NCBI GenBank assembly: GCA_045546975.1
Contig: JAZQDV010000007.1
Location: 73,176 to 137,175, forward strand
DNA from: Eubacteriales bacterium
Lineage (GTDB): Bacteria > Bacillota > Clostridia > Oscillospirales > JAAYXM01
DNA: 64,000 nt
Direction of reading: 5' to 3'
Shown: positions 35,748 through 45,371 of the stretch, in pieces
How the letters are laid out: every line of letters begins with the position of its first letter
Position numbering within the stretch: the first letter of the stretch is position 1
Position numbers and translations under genes: made by a program
Notes under the pieces: model-generated
Database searches by the model: none
What the model was told of the DNA's origin: nothing
The model's input: the letters and a program-made list of their open reading frames with translations, nothing else

Positions 35748-36194
35748 TTATGCTTCTTTTACAACTACGGAAAGCTTTCCGCTTACCTCATTATAAAGCT
35801 TTACTTTTACCTCGTATGTTCCAAACTGCTTTATGTTCTCTTCAAGAACAATCTTGTGACGGTCAATTTCAATCTTGTGCTGGGATTTCAGCGCATCTGC
35901 AATGTCACTTGCGGTTACCGAGCCGAAAAGACGTCCGTTTGAACCTGCCTTTGCTTTAACCTCTGCCTTTATTGTGGCAAGCTTCTTTGCAAGGTCCTCT
36001 GCTGCCGCCTTCTCACGCGCGATTCTCGCAATTTCAGCCTCTTCCTTAAGCTTTGCAACATTCAAGTTGTCTGCCGTTGCCTCTTTTGCAAGATTTTTGG
36101 GGAAAAGGAAGTTTCTTGCGTATCCGTCTGATACGTTTACTATCTGTCCCTTCTTGCCCTGACCTTTAACGTCTGCATTCAAAATTACCTTCAT
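35748..36194 (-). CDS. rplI: 50S ribosomal protein L9
   Basis: [32 protein letters not shown]. Confidence 0.95.
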   Translation of the reverse strand: MKVILNADVKGQGKKGQIVNVSDGYARNFLFPKNLAKEATADNLNVAKLKEEAEIARIAREKAAAEDLAKKLATIKAEVKAKAGSNGRLFGSVTASDIADALKSQHKIEIDRHKIVLEENIKQFGTYEVKVKLYNEVSGKLSVVVKEA

Positions 36195-36204
36195 TTTATT
36201 TCTC

Positions 36205-38187
36205 CTATCCTAAAACATCGTCTATAACATTTTTGAGCTCTGCTGTTGCCTCTTCGAGCGTCTTGTCGCGAAGCTGGACTCCTGCAGTGTCAAAGTGACC
36301 TCCGCCGCCAAGCTTCTCTAAAATCACCTGTACGTTTATCTCGCCGAGTGAACGCGCGGAAATATTTATAACATCCTGCTCACGGTAGAGCACAAACGAT
36401 GCCTTGACACCACGGATTGACAGAAGCTCATCTGCCGCCTGTGCCGAAATCTTTCGCGTGCTTAACCCGTTATATGAAACGATTGCAACATCGTCGTGAT
36501 ACATCTCGGCAAGCTTGACCATCTCTGCACGCTTGACATAGGTATCAATATCGTCCTGCAATATGCGTTTGAGCTCTGTTGTATCCGCACCTGCGCGACG
36601 AAGATATGCCGCCGCCTCAAATGTCCTTACACCGGTTTTCATTGTGAAGCGTTTAGTGTCGATAACTATACCTGACAGTATCGCCTCTGCCTCAGAACTC
36701 AATATATCACGCGCCTCAACTATATACTGCAAAAGCTCTGAAACAAGCTCGCAGGTAGAAGATGCATACGGCTCGTGGAAATTGAGTACCGCGCCGTCGA
36801 TATAGTCCGTTCCGCGTCTGTGGTGGTCGATGACTGCGACCTTGTTCGCGGACTCCAGAAGGGCCTCCGACTCTACCATTGAAGTTCTGTTGGTGTCCAC
36901 TATTACAAGAAGTGTGTTGCTGTCAGCGTCAAGAAGCGCATCCTCTGCAGTTATAAACACACCCTCGTATTCCTTCTCCGACTTTATCCTTGCAAGGAGA
37001 GAATCTGCACTCGTTTTGGAGCCTACGACGATTGAAACAGGTTTACCCTGCTTTCTTGCAATACACGCAATGCCGACTGCCGCTCCGATACTGTCATTAT
37101 CCGCGCTCTTGTGTCCCATTATCATAACACCGGAGCTATCCTGTATAAGACCGACAAGCGCGTTTGCCATAACACGGGATTTTACCTTTGTGCGTTTTTC
37201 TACCTCTTGTGAGCGACCGCCGAAAAACTCAAAGTTGAAACGGTTTCTTATGACTGCCTGGTCGCCGCCACGGGAGAGCGCCATATCTATCGCCAGACGC
37301 GCATTGTTGTGGTTTTCTCTGAAATCCTGACCGTCTTTTCCAACACCTATGCTGAGCGTAACACGTATTCCGTTCTTGCTTTCTATCTCGCGGACAGAGT
37401 CAAGAATCGAAAACCTCTCTTCCGTGTACTGATCAAGGTATCTTTTCTCAAAAATGTAGAGGTATTTATCGCGCTCGTACTTCATAAAAATACCCTTTGA
37501 GAAGTCAGTCCACTCATAAAGACGTTTGTCGACCTCTGCAATTATCGCTGAGCGCTCAGAGTCATTAAGGCCGTTCATGAGCTCCTCGTAGTTATCAATC
37601 ATAATGACTGAAACTGTCTGGAGTGAGCGGTTGAACTCATTAATACTGTCAGAATACTCGGAGACATCGAGCCAGTAGAGTGTTAAGAGTGCGCCACCGT
37701 CCTCATTTTCGTCTCTTCTGAAAATACTTCCGTAAATGCGGTAGGTTTTGTCGTCTATCTTGATTTCTGTCGGGCATTCGTTTTTGCCCTCTGCCGCCCA
37801 GAGAATATCAAACTCAGGGATTATCTCAAAAAGACGCTTTTCAAAAATATGATCGAGATTTCCTGTCATATTTTCAAATGCGGGGTTTGCCCAGATGATG
37901 CTGTTGGAGTCAAGCTCCACTACGGCTGTCGGCATGGGAAAATTGAGTGTTGATTCCTTACTCGCCCGGTTTATCTCCGACATCGTTGCATCAATATATT
38001 TACGCATTTTAAGTGCGCGTGAGTTTTCGCCTATTATAAAGACGATAAGAACTATCAAAGAGATGGCGGTTTCCGCAATGGCGATTTTTATGTCAGTAAA
38101 AAAGAATGCCACTACAGAGAAAAGAAACAGCATAATAAAGCCGAGGCTGTATCTCGGTTCTTTATTTTTGCCGGACTGCTTTCCCAT
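36205..38187 (-). CDS. gdpP: Membrane-anchored DHH/DHHA1 phosphodiesterase (GdpP-type cyclic-di-AMP phosphodiesterase)
   Basis: Two N-terminal TM helices, a PAS-like region, a degenerate GGDEF region, a DHH motif (DHHRR) and GGGH. Canonical position upstream of rplI-dnaB. Confidence 0.85.
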   Translation of the reverse strand: MGKQSGKNKEPRYSLGFIMLFLFSVVAFFFTDIKIAIAETAISLIVLIVFIIGENSRALKMRKYIDATMSEINRASKESTLNFPMPTAVVELDSNSIIWANPAFENMTGNLDHIFEKRLFEIIPEFDILWAAEGKNECPTEIKIDDKTYRIYGSIFRRDENEDGGALLTLYWLDVSEYSDSINEFNRSLQTVSVIMIDNYEELMNGLNDSERSAIIAEVDKRLYEWTDFSKGIFMKYERDKYLYIFEKRYLDQYTEERFSILDSVREIESKNGIRVTLSIGVGKDGQDFRENHNNARLAIDMALSRGGDQAVIRNRFNFEFFGGRSQEVEKRTKVKSRVMANALVGLIQDSSGVMIMGHKSADNDSIGAAVGIACIARKQGKPVSIVVGSKTSADSLLARIKSEKEYEGVFITAEDALLDADSNTLLVIVDTNRTSMVESEALLESANKVAVIDHHRRGTDYIDGAVLNFHEPYASSTCELVSELLQYIVEARDILSSEAEAILSGIVIDTKRFTMKTGVRTFEAAAYLRRAGADTTELKRILQDDIDTYVKRAEMVKLAEMYHDDVAIVSYNGLSTRKISAQAADELLSIRGVKASFVLYREQDVINISARSLGEINVQVILEKLGGGGHFDTAGVQLRDKTLEEATAELKNVIDDVLG

Positions 38188-38354
38188 ACCTTGAACCTTC
38201 CTTCCCTGAAAATGTAAAAATGGATGTATAGTATAGTATAGCACAAACTTTTCCTGTTGTCCATTTAATAAGTAGAGAATATTATAAAAAGTTTTGACCT
38301 TTTATACAAATAGTGGTAATATATAGGTGACTACCTGAAAAGGAGGTGCGAAAA

Positions 38355-39482
38355 TTGTCCGATTTTATGAAACATCTTAAAAACTTTTTCCGGCAGATAG
38401 ACGCAAAGCTTCTCATCGCTGCAATTATCGCATCTATCTTTGGTCTTATACTTATTTCAAGCGCGACGCAAAGTCTTGGCAGCGGCAGTTTTCTCAAAGT
38501 GCAGATTGCCTCGACCGTTCTCGGAATTTGCCTTTATCTTGTAATTTCGTGGCTTGACCTTGACTCTGTAAGTTCCTGGTGGAAATACGTTTACGCTGTG
38601 CTTTTTCTCCTCATTCTCTCCCTCGTCCTCTTTGGTACGGGAAGCGAGGAAACGGGTAACCGCGCATGGATTCGCTTTGGCGGTATCGGCATTCAGCCGG
38701 CGGAGCTTGGAAAGGTGCTCTTTATCGTAGCCTTTGCAGGCGAGATAAACGCTCTTGAGGACAGGCTCAACTCCCCTCTTGCAATCATTGCTCTCGCGCT
38801 GTCTGCTCTCGTACCCATCGGTCTTTTGTATGTTATTTCATCCGACCTTGGTTCCGTGCTTGTTTATCTCTTGATTTTTATTGTTATGATGTTCTGTGCA
38901 GGGATTCGTCTACGTTGGTTTGCGGGTGCTGCAGTTGCGCTCGGCGCGCTCTCTCCGCTTATCTGGAAGTTTTTCCTGCGCGAGGACCAGAAGATGCGAA
39001 TCCGCGTCGTTTTTAATCCTGAGCTTGACCCGTTGGGACGCGGATACCATGCTATCCAGAGCAAAATAGCAATCGGTTCGGGACAGTTTTTCGGAAGAGG
39101 CCTTGGTGAGGGCACACAAACACAGCTCGGATACCTTCCCGCAAAACAAACGGACTTCATCTTCTCTGTTGCGGGAGAGGAGCTCGGCCTCATCGGTTGC
39201 CTTCTCATAATCATAATCCTCGCTGTAATAATCGCAAGGTGCCTTGAAATTTCGATGCGCTCATCGTCATTCTCTTCGTACCTGATTTGCGCCGGAGTTT
39301 CTGCAATGCTCATTGCGCAAACCATAGAAAATATAGGTATGTGTATAGGCCTTATGCCCGTTATCGGACTTACCCTTCCGCTTTTTTCATACGGCGGCTC
39401 AAGTGTGCTTGCCGTATATATGGCACTCGGCCTTATAAGCTCGGCGCGTATGCGTGCGCGTCCGCCACGACTTTTACGATAG
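38355..39482 (+). CDS. FtsW/RodA/SpoVE-family peptidoglycan glycosyltransferase
   Basis: About 10 TM helices. Contains QPAELGK, TDFIFSVAGEELG and PLFSYGGSS motifs. TTG start 8 nt after AGGAGG. Confidence 0.85.
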   Translation: MSDFMKHLKNFFRQIDAKLLIAAIIASIFGLILISSATQSLGSGSFLKVQIASTVLGICLYLVISWLDLDSVSSWWKYVYAVLFLLILSLVLFGTGSEETGNRAWIRFGGIGIQPAELGKVLFIVAFAGEINALEDRLNSPLAIIALALSALVPIGLLYVISSDLGSVLVYLLIFIVMMFCAGIRLRWFAGAAVALGALSPLIWKFFLREDQKMRIRVVFNPELDPLGRGYHAIQSKIAIGSGQFFGRGLGEGTQTQLGYLPAKQTDFIFSVAGEELGLIGCLLIIIILAVIIARCLEISMRSSSFSSYLICAGVSAMLIAQTIENIGMCIGLMPVIGLTLPLFSYGGSSVLAVYMALGLISSARMRARPPRLLR

Positions 39483-39535
39483 GAAAAACCTGTATCATCC
39501 CTTTGAAATTGAAAACTTAAAACAGTTTTTATAAG

Positions 39536-39563
39536 AAAATCCGTGCTCAGCACGGATTTTTTG
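39536..39563. terminator. Bidirectional hairpin overlapping the stop codon of the AGCS gene
   Basis: AAAATCCGTGC-TCA-GCACGGATTTT. Confidence 0.65.
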
Positions 39564-40884
39564 CTTCTCTGATTACTGTCGGCGAGAGCAAAATAAGCGC
39601 TATGATATTCGGTATCATCATAAGTCCGTTCGCCATATCGGCGATCTCCCAGACCTCCTCCATACCTGCTATCGCACCAAGAAATACAGATGCGGCAAAT
39701 ATGATTCTGTATACCTTTTTTGAGCCTTCGCGCGGAATGAGATAAAAAACACACATCTCGCCATAATACGACCAGCCGAGTATTGTTGCAAGTGCAAAAA
39801 GAACTGTTGCTCCACCTACAAAAGCTCCGCCAAAGCTTCCGAAAAACTCAGAAAACGCAAGAGTTACAATGCCCGCTCCCGAAGAAATGCTGAGGTCTAT
39901 ACCCGAGGCAAGAATCGCAATCGCAGTTATTGAACAGACTAAGATTGTGTCCACAAAGACCTCAAACATCCCCCAAAAGCCTTGATTTACCGCACTTTTA
40001 ACGTTCGCAGAGGCGTGAATTATCGGTGCGCTCCCAAGCCCTGCCTCGTTTGAAAAGACGCCACGCGCCACACCGTATCTCACAGCGCGACGAAGCATCT
40101 CCCCCGCCGCGCCACCGTATACGGCGCGCGGAGTGATCGCCTCGCGGAAAATAGTGCAGATTGCATTATAGGAAGAGAGCGGGGAAATAAAAATTATTGC
40201 AACCCCGCCGATAAGATACAGCCCTGCCATTACAGGAACAAGAAACTCGGATATTTTTGAAATTTTTGCGATTCCTCCGCTTATTGCCGTAAAAGCAACA
40301 AGAGCGAGCGCTATACCGCTTACCGAGGTTGGAATATTCAATCCGTCCCGCATTACATACGATATTGTATTTGACTGGCTCATCGCACCCATACCTATAC
40401 ACGCAACAGCTCCTGCAAGAGAAAAGAACACCGCAAGCGGTCGATATCCCTTGCCAAGCCCTTTTTCAATATAGTACATAGGGCCACCGTAAAAACCGTT
40501 TCTTCCCTTTCTCCGAAATTTTATAGCAAGTACTATCTCGGCAAACTTTATTGCCATACCGAAGAATGCAGAAACCCACATCCAGAAAATCGCACCTGCA
40601 CCGCCTGCGGTAATTGCGGTCGCAACACCAACTATATTCCCCGTGCCGATAGACGAAGCAAGAGCCGCAAAAACTGCACGTCGCGGCGAGACCTCGCCTT
40701 TCTTGACCTTGTCCTTTTTAAGCAGCGTTCCAAACGTCGCGCCTGTCCATTCCTTAAAGCGCCCTATCTGCAAAAAACCAAGCCGTACCGTATAATAAAT
40801 TCCGGAGCCACACACAAGAATGAGCATCGGCACTCCCCAGACGGTTTTTGAAACTGCACTTATAATCTCCGACATTTCACACAC
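39547..40884 (-). CDS. Alanine/glycine:cation symporter (AGCS family)
   Basis: 445 aa, polytopic. Contains LASSIGTGNIVGVATAI and FSNEAGLGSAPI motifs. Confidence 0.88.
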   Translation of the reverse strand: MCEMSEIISAVSKTVWGVPMLILVCGSGIYYTVRLGFLQIGRFKEWTGATFGTLLKKDKVKKGEVSPRRAVFAALASSIGTGNIVGVATAITAGGAGAIFWMWVSAFFGMAIKFAEIVLAIKFRRKGRNGFYGGPMYYIEKGLGKGYRPLAVFFSLAGAVACIGMGAMSQSNTISYVMRDGLNIPTSVSGIALALVAFTAISGGIAKISKISEFLVPVMAGLYLIGGVAIIFISPLSSYNAICTIFREAITPRAVYGGAAGEMLRRAVRYGVARGVFSNEAGLGSAPIIHASANVKSAVNQGFWGMFEVFVDTILVCSITAIAILASGIDLSISSGAGIVTLAFSEFFGSFGGAFVGGATVLFALATILGWSYYGEMCVFYLIPREGSKKVYRIIFAASVFLGAIAGMEEVWEIADMANGLMMIPNIIALILLSPTVIREAKNPC

Positions 40885-41007
40885 TCCCCCCTTAAGTGCA
40901 ACCTATGAGAAATGTTTTGGAAATATTACAATTACGGCTTCCGTCTTGCAAAAAAGACAGCAAAACTGTATAATTATATTACCAATGATGACAAGGAGGT
41001 GTCTACT

Positions 41008-42099
41008 TTGAAAAAGATAGTCGCGCTTTCCCTCATTCTTGCTCTGTGCGTTGCCCTTTTTGCAGTACCCACGAGCGCAGAGGGTGAGATTTTTGTTGCA
41101 TCCGGAAATACCGTGATTCCACTTACCGACGCAATGCCGATAAGATCTAACGGAGTGTGGTATGTTGACTATCAGGTTTTTACAAAGGGAGACCACAAAG
41201 TAAACAGCTCTTATAGCTCCGTTGATAGAAAGCTTGTTCTGTATACTTGGGATACAACACTTATCTTTGACCTCAATAATACAACTGCCTATACCGCGGC
41301 AGAGAGAATTCCGTACAAAGCCGTTTCCTTCCTTTCAAACGGCACAGTTTATGTCCCCGTACAGTTTGCAGCCCAGATGCTCGGGTTTGAAGTATCCTAT
41401 ATATCCGAAGTTTCGCTTATCAGAATAAAGAAGTCGACCGACATCCCGGACAGTATGTTCAAATATATCGCCAAAGACGCAATTCCAAACATTCTCAAAG
41501 CATATAACGATAAGAAAAACACCCAACAAGCAGTGGAGGAAAACTCAAAAATCTCAATAAAACTTTCCTTTAACATAACAAATGCATCAACGCTTAAGAA
41601 GATTCTTGACGAGCTTTACCGCTACGGAACACGCGCCACCTTCTTTGTCTCCCCGTCGCAAATCACAGACTGCCAGAACGAGCTGCGGCGCGCGGTTGCG
41701 CTGGGACACACGCTCGGAATCCTCACATCAGACCCCGAATCCATTGATGAAACGAACGACCTTTTATTTGATATTGCGAAGGTCAAAACCCGTCTTGTAA
41801 GAATACCGAACGGTACTCAGAGTATATCATCTGACATCGTAAACTCCTTTATTTCAAAGGGGATGAGGCTTTGGGATCAGACCTTCTCTCCGTCGGGAAG
41901 CACCTCAAACGGTGTTTACAACTCTACGGTAAGCCAACTGAAAAAGGCTTCTAACGGCGCGGTGTTCACGTTCTCTGACGGAAGCGCCACAACGAGCGCA
42001 CTGTCCCGGATTCTGCGTTACTTCTCAACAAACAAGGTTACTGCGACAAGCCTCACAGTTCTCGACACACCGGTCAATAAAATTTCTGAGAAAAGATAA
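41008..42099 (+). CDS. Secreted protein: copper-amine-oxidase-N-like stalk domain plus polysaccharide-deacetylase-like domain
   Basis: TTG start behind AAGGAGG. Signal peptide ...AVPTSA|EGE. The TRATFFV...LGHTLG region resembles NodB-type deacetylases. Confidence 0.6.
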   Translation: MKKIVALSLILALCVALFAVPTSAEGEIFVASGNTVIPLTDAMPIRSNGVWYVDYQVFTKGDHKVNSSYSSVDRKLVLYTWDTTLIFDLNNTTAYTAAERIPYKAVSFLSNGTVYVPVQFAAQMLGFEVSYISEVSLIRIKKSTDIPDSMFKYIAKDAIPNILKAYNDKKNTQQAVEENSKISIKLSFNITNASTLKKILDELYRYGTRATFFVSPSQITDCQNELRRAVALGHTLGILTSDPESIDETNDLLFDIAKVKTRLVRIPNGTQSISSDIVNSFISKGMRLWDQTFSPSGSTSNGVYNSTVSQLKKASNGAVFTFSDGSATTSALSRILRYFSTNKVTATSLTVLDTPVNKISEKR

Positions 42100-42106
42100 G
42101 CACGAT

Positions 42107-42142
42107 AAAAAATGCTCTCTGTAATTACAGAGAGCATTTTTA
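42107..42142. terminator. Bidirectional terminator
   Basis: AAAAATGCTCTCTGTA-AT-TACAGAGAGCATTTTT. Confidence 0.8.
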
Positions 42143-42150
42143 TTGAATAT

Positions 42151-42381
42151 TTAATCATCCTCCAGCAATTTGGAAGGTGAAATGTTCAAAACTTGAGATA
42201 TTTTGAAGAGTGTTTCCAAAGATACACCACGGATAGTGCCTGTACCTTCAATTTGTCCAACGAAATTCACACTCTTTCCTATAAGCTCCGCAAAGGTTTC
42301 CTGCGTATATCCGCATTTCTTTCTATAGTAAGCAATTTTCAAGCCCAAAGTTATATACCGTTCCGGAAATTCAGTCTTCAT
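42151..42381 (-). CDS. XRE-family helix-turn-helix transcriptional regulator
   Basis: 76 aa. YYRKKCGYTQETFAELIGKSVNFVGQIE is a Cro/C1-type HTH. Confidence 0.85.
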   Translation of the reverse strand: MKTEFPERYITLGLKIAYYRKKCGYTQETFAELIGKSVNFVGQIEGTGTIRGVSLETLFKISQVLNISPSKLLEDD

Positions 42382-42454
42382 ATCACACCTCCTCCGTCTG
42401 TTTATATTCTATCAATAAAGAAGGTGGATTATAATTGATTACTATTCTATTTTT

Positions 42455-42484
42455 ATTTACTTTAAGTAAATAATATTGTATAAT
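42455..42484 (+). promoter_or_regulatory. Promoter of the SLOG/DUF1273-like gene with an overlapping 17-bp palindromic operator
   Basis: TTTACT, 17-nt spacer, TATAAT (42479-42484). The palindrome ATTTACTTTAAGTAAAT (42455-42471) covers the -35. A half-site ATTTACTT recurs at 42497-42504. Confidence 0.55.
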
Positions 42485-42521
42485 GATTAAAATATCATTT
42501 ACTTCAAGGAGAATGGGTGCG

Positions 42522-43031
42522 ATGAGGAATACCTGTTGCTTTTTCGGACACCGAAAAATCTATATAACGGATGAGCTGATATCAAAACTGCACAATGTCA
42601 TTGAAAAACTAATTATCGACAACGATGTTGATTGTTTTCTTTTTGGCAGCAAAAGTCAATTTAACGATTTATGCTACCAAATTGTCAGTGAAATAAGAGT
42701 TTGCTACCCCTATATAAAAAGAATTTATGTCAGAGCACATTTTCCTCACATTGACGACAGTTATAAATCCTATTTGCTTCAGGGATATGAGGAAACTTAT
42801 TACCCAAGAAATATAATAAAAGCGGGTAAGTTAGCTTATATTATGAGAAACCGTGAAATGATAGACAAAAGCGAGTTTTGCGTAGTATATTTAGACGAAA
42901 ACTATATACCGATCAAACGGAATAGAGAAGGCATGGATTTGACTGTTCATAGCCCTAAAAGCGGCACGAAACTCGCCTATGATTATGCACTAAAAAAGCA
43001 GAGGACTGTCATAAACATTTTCATAAAATAA
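42522..43031 (+). CDS. DUF1273/SLOG-like protein
   Basis: N-terminal CCFFGHRK matches the DUF1273 (YpsA/YoqJ) signature. Start set at the ATG 10 nt after AGGAG. Confidence 0.65.
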   Translation: MRNTCCFFGHRKIYITDELISKLHNVIEKLIIDNDVDCFLFGSKSQFNDLCYQIVSEIRVCYPYIKRIYVRAHFPHIDDSYKSYLLQGYEETYYPRNIIKAGKLAYIMRNREMIDKSEFCVVYLDENYIPIKRNREGMDLTVHSPKSGTKLAYDYALKKQRTVINIFIK

Positions 43032-43045
43032 AAGACTGAACGGAA

Positions 43046-43309
43046 GGGTGGCGCTTCATAGGGATAAAACGCCAAAAAACCACGATTTTGGCACATAACT
43101 GCATCAAAAAAGCTCCCAACCCGTCAGGGTTGCGAGCTTTTTAATCTTGTTCTGCACTCAAACTTATGATTTTTTGGTGCAAAGCAGTTTTGGGTTAGAT
43201 ATTTTTCGAATTAGAGAAATTAAAAAATGCGGACATACTGACGTATGTCTGTATTTTTTTGTGTACTATAAACGAAAAAGAGCAAGCCAAAACCGTATTC
43301 TCCCTATGA
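43046..43309 (+). mobile_element. 264-bp MITE-like non-autonomous element, copy A
   Basis: Terminal inverted repeats GGGTGGCGCTTCATAGGGA...TCCCTATGAAGCACCACCC. Two internal terminator-like hairpins. No credible ORF. Inserted in the loop of the hairpin AAAAGACTGAACGG/CCGTTCAGTCTTTT. A second copy lies at 61440-61713. Confidence 0.75.
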
Positions 43310-43345
43310 AGCACCACCCAAACCGTTCAGTCTTTTGTCTTTTTG

Positions 43346-43801
43346 TTAGTCTTCGCAGTGGCAGGAGCAACCCCCGTCGCACTCGTCATCAGCAAGGTCG
43401 TCAAGGTCAAACTCAAGCTCTTCACCGCAACCCGGGCAGGAGATGGTACCGAGGGCAAGAATGTCCTCATCAACCATAATGGAATCTCCGCAGGTCGGGC
43501 ATACAACTTCGTAGTGGAAGTCGTCGCAGTCGCAGTCGCAGTCGCAGTCATCGCCACAGTCGCAATCGTCACCGCAAGTGCCGTCATCAAATGCGCCCTC
43601 AAGCTCCAAAAGCTCTTCTGCAACTTCATCGAGCTCATCGCTCATTTCATCTGTGATATCTTCAAGATCTGCAACGGATGCTGCAAGCTCATCGATAACG
43701 TCTACAATAGCAAGGAGAAGCTTCCCTTCCTTTGTGTCAGAATCAATGTCAAGCCCGTCGCAAAGGCCACGAAGATATGCTGCTCTTTCAATTATATCCA
43801 T
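43346..43801 (-). CDS. Highly acidic zinc-ribbon protein with a Cys-Asp repeat (resembles the clostridial CD1247-type family found next to efp)
   Basis: GGAGGA RBS. 151 aa. CPTCG...CPGCG zinc ribbon. The CDCGDDCDCDCDCDD tract is encoded by (GTCGCA)4. Immediately upstream of efp. Confidence 0.7.
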   Translation of the reverse strand: MDIIERAAYLRGLCDGLDIDSDTKEGKLLLAIVDVIDELAASVADLEDITDEMSDELDEVAEELLELEGAFDDGTCGDDCDCGDDCDCDCDCDDFHYEVVCPTCGDSIMVDEDILALGTISCPGCGEELEFDLDDLADDECDGGCSCHCED

Positions 43802-43819
43802 TAAAATAATCCTCCGAAA

Positions 43820-44380
43820 CTACTTCGCACGCTCGAGGTATTCGCCTGTTCTTGTATCAATCTTGATCTTATCGCCAATATTGATAAAGAGCGGAACACG
43901 AACCTCAGCACCTGTTTCTACAACAGCAGGCTTTGTAACGTTTGTAGCTGTATCGCCCTTAAGGCCCGGCTCAGTTTCAGTAATCTCAAGCTCAACGAAG
44001 TTAGGCGGCTCGATACCGAAAACCTGGCCCTTGAAAGAAAGAATCTTAACAGGCATATTCTCTTTTACAAACTTAAAACTGTCTGTGAGAACATCTGCAT
44101 TGAGCGGAATCTGCTCATAACTCTCCATATCCATGAAGTAGTAAAGCTCGCCGTCGTTATAGAGGTACTCTGTGTCCTTGCGCTCTACGAATGCAGGCGG
44201 GAATTTATCGGTCGGGTTGAACGCACGCTCAACAACAGCACCTGTAACAACGTTACGGTACTTTGTGCGAACGAACGCCGCACCCTTACCCGGCTTAACA
44301 TGCTGGAACTCGATAATTTGCATTACCTGTCCGTCCATTTCAAAAGTCATACCATTTCTGAATTCACCAGCAGAAATCAT
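43820..44380 (-). CDS. efp: Elongation factor P
   Basis: [14 protein letters not shown]...[18 protein letters not shown]. Confidence 0.95.
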   Translation of the reverse strand: MISAGEFRNGMTFEMDGQVMQIIEFQHVKPGKGAAFVRTKYRNVVTGAVVERAFNPTDKFPPAFVERKDTEYLYNDGELYYFMDMESYEQIPLNADVLTDSFKFVKENMPVKILSFKGQVFGIEPPNFVELEITETEPGLKGDTATNVTKPAVVETGAEVRVPLFINIGDKIKIDTRTGEYLERAK

Positions 44381-44466
44381 TTGTAAATCCTCCAATTTTT
44401 ATTGTATATCTTTATATATTTTACCCTATTTTGGTCTTTATTGCAAGAACAACTTTGCTTTTTCCC

Positions 44467-44898
44467 CTACTTTTCACAAAGTGCCTTTACGCCGAGCGGA
44501 TATACGCGCTTTCCAAGACCCATTATTACATCACAGCAAACGTCGGAGAGCACAGATTTATGCCTGAACTCTTCCCTTTCTCGGATGTTTGAAAGGTGCA
44601 CCTCAATGCAGGGTATTTTTGTTCCTGATATCGCATCGCGGATAGCAATGCTGTAGTGGGTATACGCGCCTGCATTCAGTACTATTCCGTCATATTTCTC
44701 AAAATATGCGCGGTGAATGAGGTCGCAAATCTCTCCCTCGCAGTTTGTCTGGTATGCAGAAATCTCCACACCAAGGTCTTTTGTTTCTTCCTTTGTGTAC
44801 TCGATTATATCCCCGAGTGTGTCATGCCCGTATATCTCGGGCTCACGCGTACCGAGGAGATTTAAGTTCGGGCCGTTTATTATCATTATCCTTTTCAT
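44467..44898 (-). CDS. aroQ: Type II 3-dehydroquinate dehydratase
   Basis: INGPNLNLLGTREPEIYG and HLSNI motifs. 143 aa. Confidence 0.9.
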   Translation of the reverse strand: MKRIMIINGPNLNLLGTREPEIYGHDTLGDIIEYTKEETKDLGVEISAYQTNCEGEICDLIHRAYFEKYDGIVLNAGAYTHYSIAIRDAISGTKIPCIEVHLSNIREREEFRHKSVLSDVCCDVIMGLGKRVYPLGVKALCEK

Positions 44899-45338
44899 TA
44901 TTCAAACATTCTCCTTTTCCCGAGCGGGGGCACCTTTATCGCAAGTATTCCAAATCGTCGTGCGCCGAAGATATCTGTTGTTATTTTATCGCCCATAAGC
45001 GCGGTAGTCTTTTTTGTTCCTCCGAGCTTTTCCATTGCAAGACGGAGTGTTCTCCTTCCCGGTTTCCCGCTCTTCCAGTAGAAATCAACACCGAGCGGAG
45101 TGCAAAACTTCTCCACTCTCTCGCGATCGTTGTTTGAAACGACAGCTATCCTGACCCCGTGACGCGAAAGCTCTTCTACCCACGCAATGGTTGCATCGTC
45201 CGGTACATCGTTTTCGTATTTTCCGAGAGTGTTGTCAAGGTCGCAGATAAGTACCTTTATCCCAAGCTTCCGTGCAAGGTCACCATCAAGCTCAAAGATG
45301 TTATGAAGTTTTAAGTTTGGCAATATGAGTCTTATCAT
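44898..45338 (-). CDS. YqeG-family HAD-IIIA phosphatase
   Basis: CDLDNTL motif I, VVSNN motif II, GDKITTDI motif. 146 aa. Confidence 0.8.
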   Translation of the reverse strand: MIRLILPNLKLHNIFELDGDLARKLGIKVLICDLDNTLGKYENDVPDDATIAWVEELSRHGVRIAVVSNNDRERVEKFCTPLGVDFYWKSGKPGRRTLRLAMEKLGGTKKTTALMGDKITTDIFGARRFGILAIKVPPLGKRRMFE

Positions 45339-45371
45339 ATCATGCCTCCCAAAACAGTGTTCTTGTTGTTT

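Noticed and set aside
38864-39754. 296-aa minus-strand ORF overlapping the FtsW/RodA-family gene and the AGCS gene terminus.
   Set aside because: It is antisense to a gene with clear SEDS motifs. It is Arg/Ser/Pro-rich shadow-frame sequence and spans an intergenic terminator.
43147-43479. 110-aa ORF whose first ~50 residues (MFCTQTYDFLV.SSFGLDIFRIREIKKCGHTDVCLYFFV...) are also found in the ORF at 61328-61612. It could look like a duplicated gene or a transposase fragment.
   Set aside because: The shared part lies entirely inside the 264-bp repeat. The two ORFs diverge as soon as they leave it. There is no RBS, and the sequence is dominated by terminator-like hairpins. It is read-through of a non-coding element.
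43523-43546. The tandem (GTCGCA)x4 read as a CRISPR or other non-coding repeat array.
   Set aside because: The unit is only 6 nt with no spacers, and it lies in-frame inside a coding sequence. No CRISPR array was seen anywhere in the window.
43343-43804. 153-aa plus-strand ORF that mirrors the acidic zinc-ribbon gene.
   Set aside because: It is a mirror frame created by the repetitive GAC/GTC-rich coding sequence. Only the minus-strand frame has a GGAGGA RBS, a zinc ribbon and the operon position upstream of efp.
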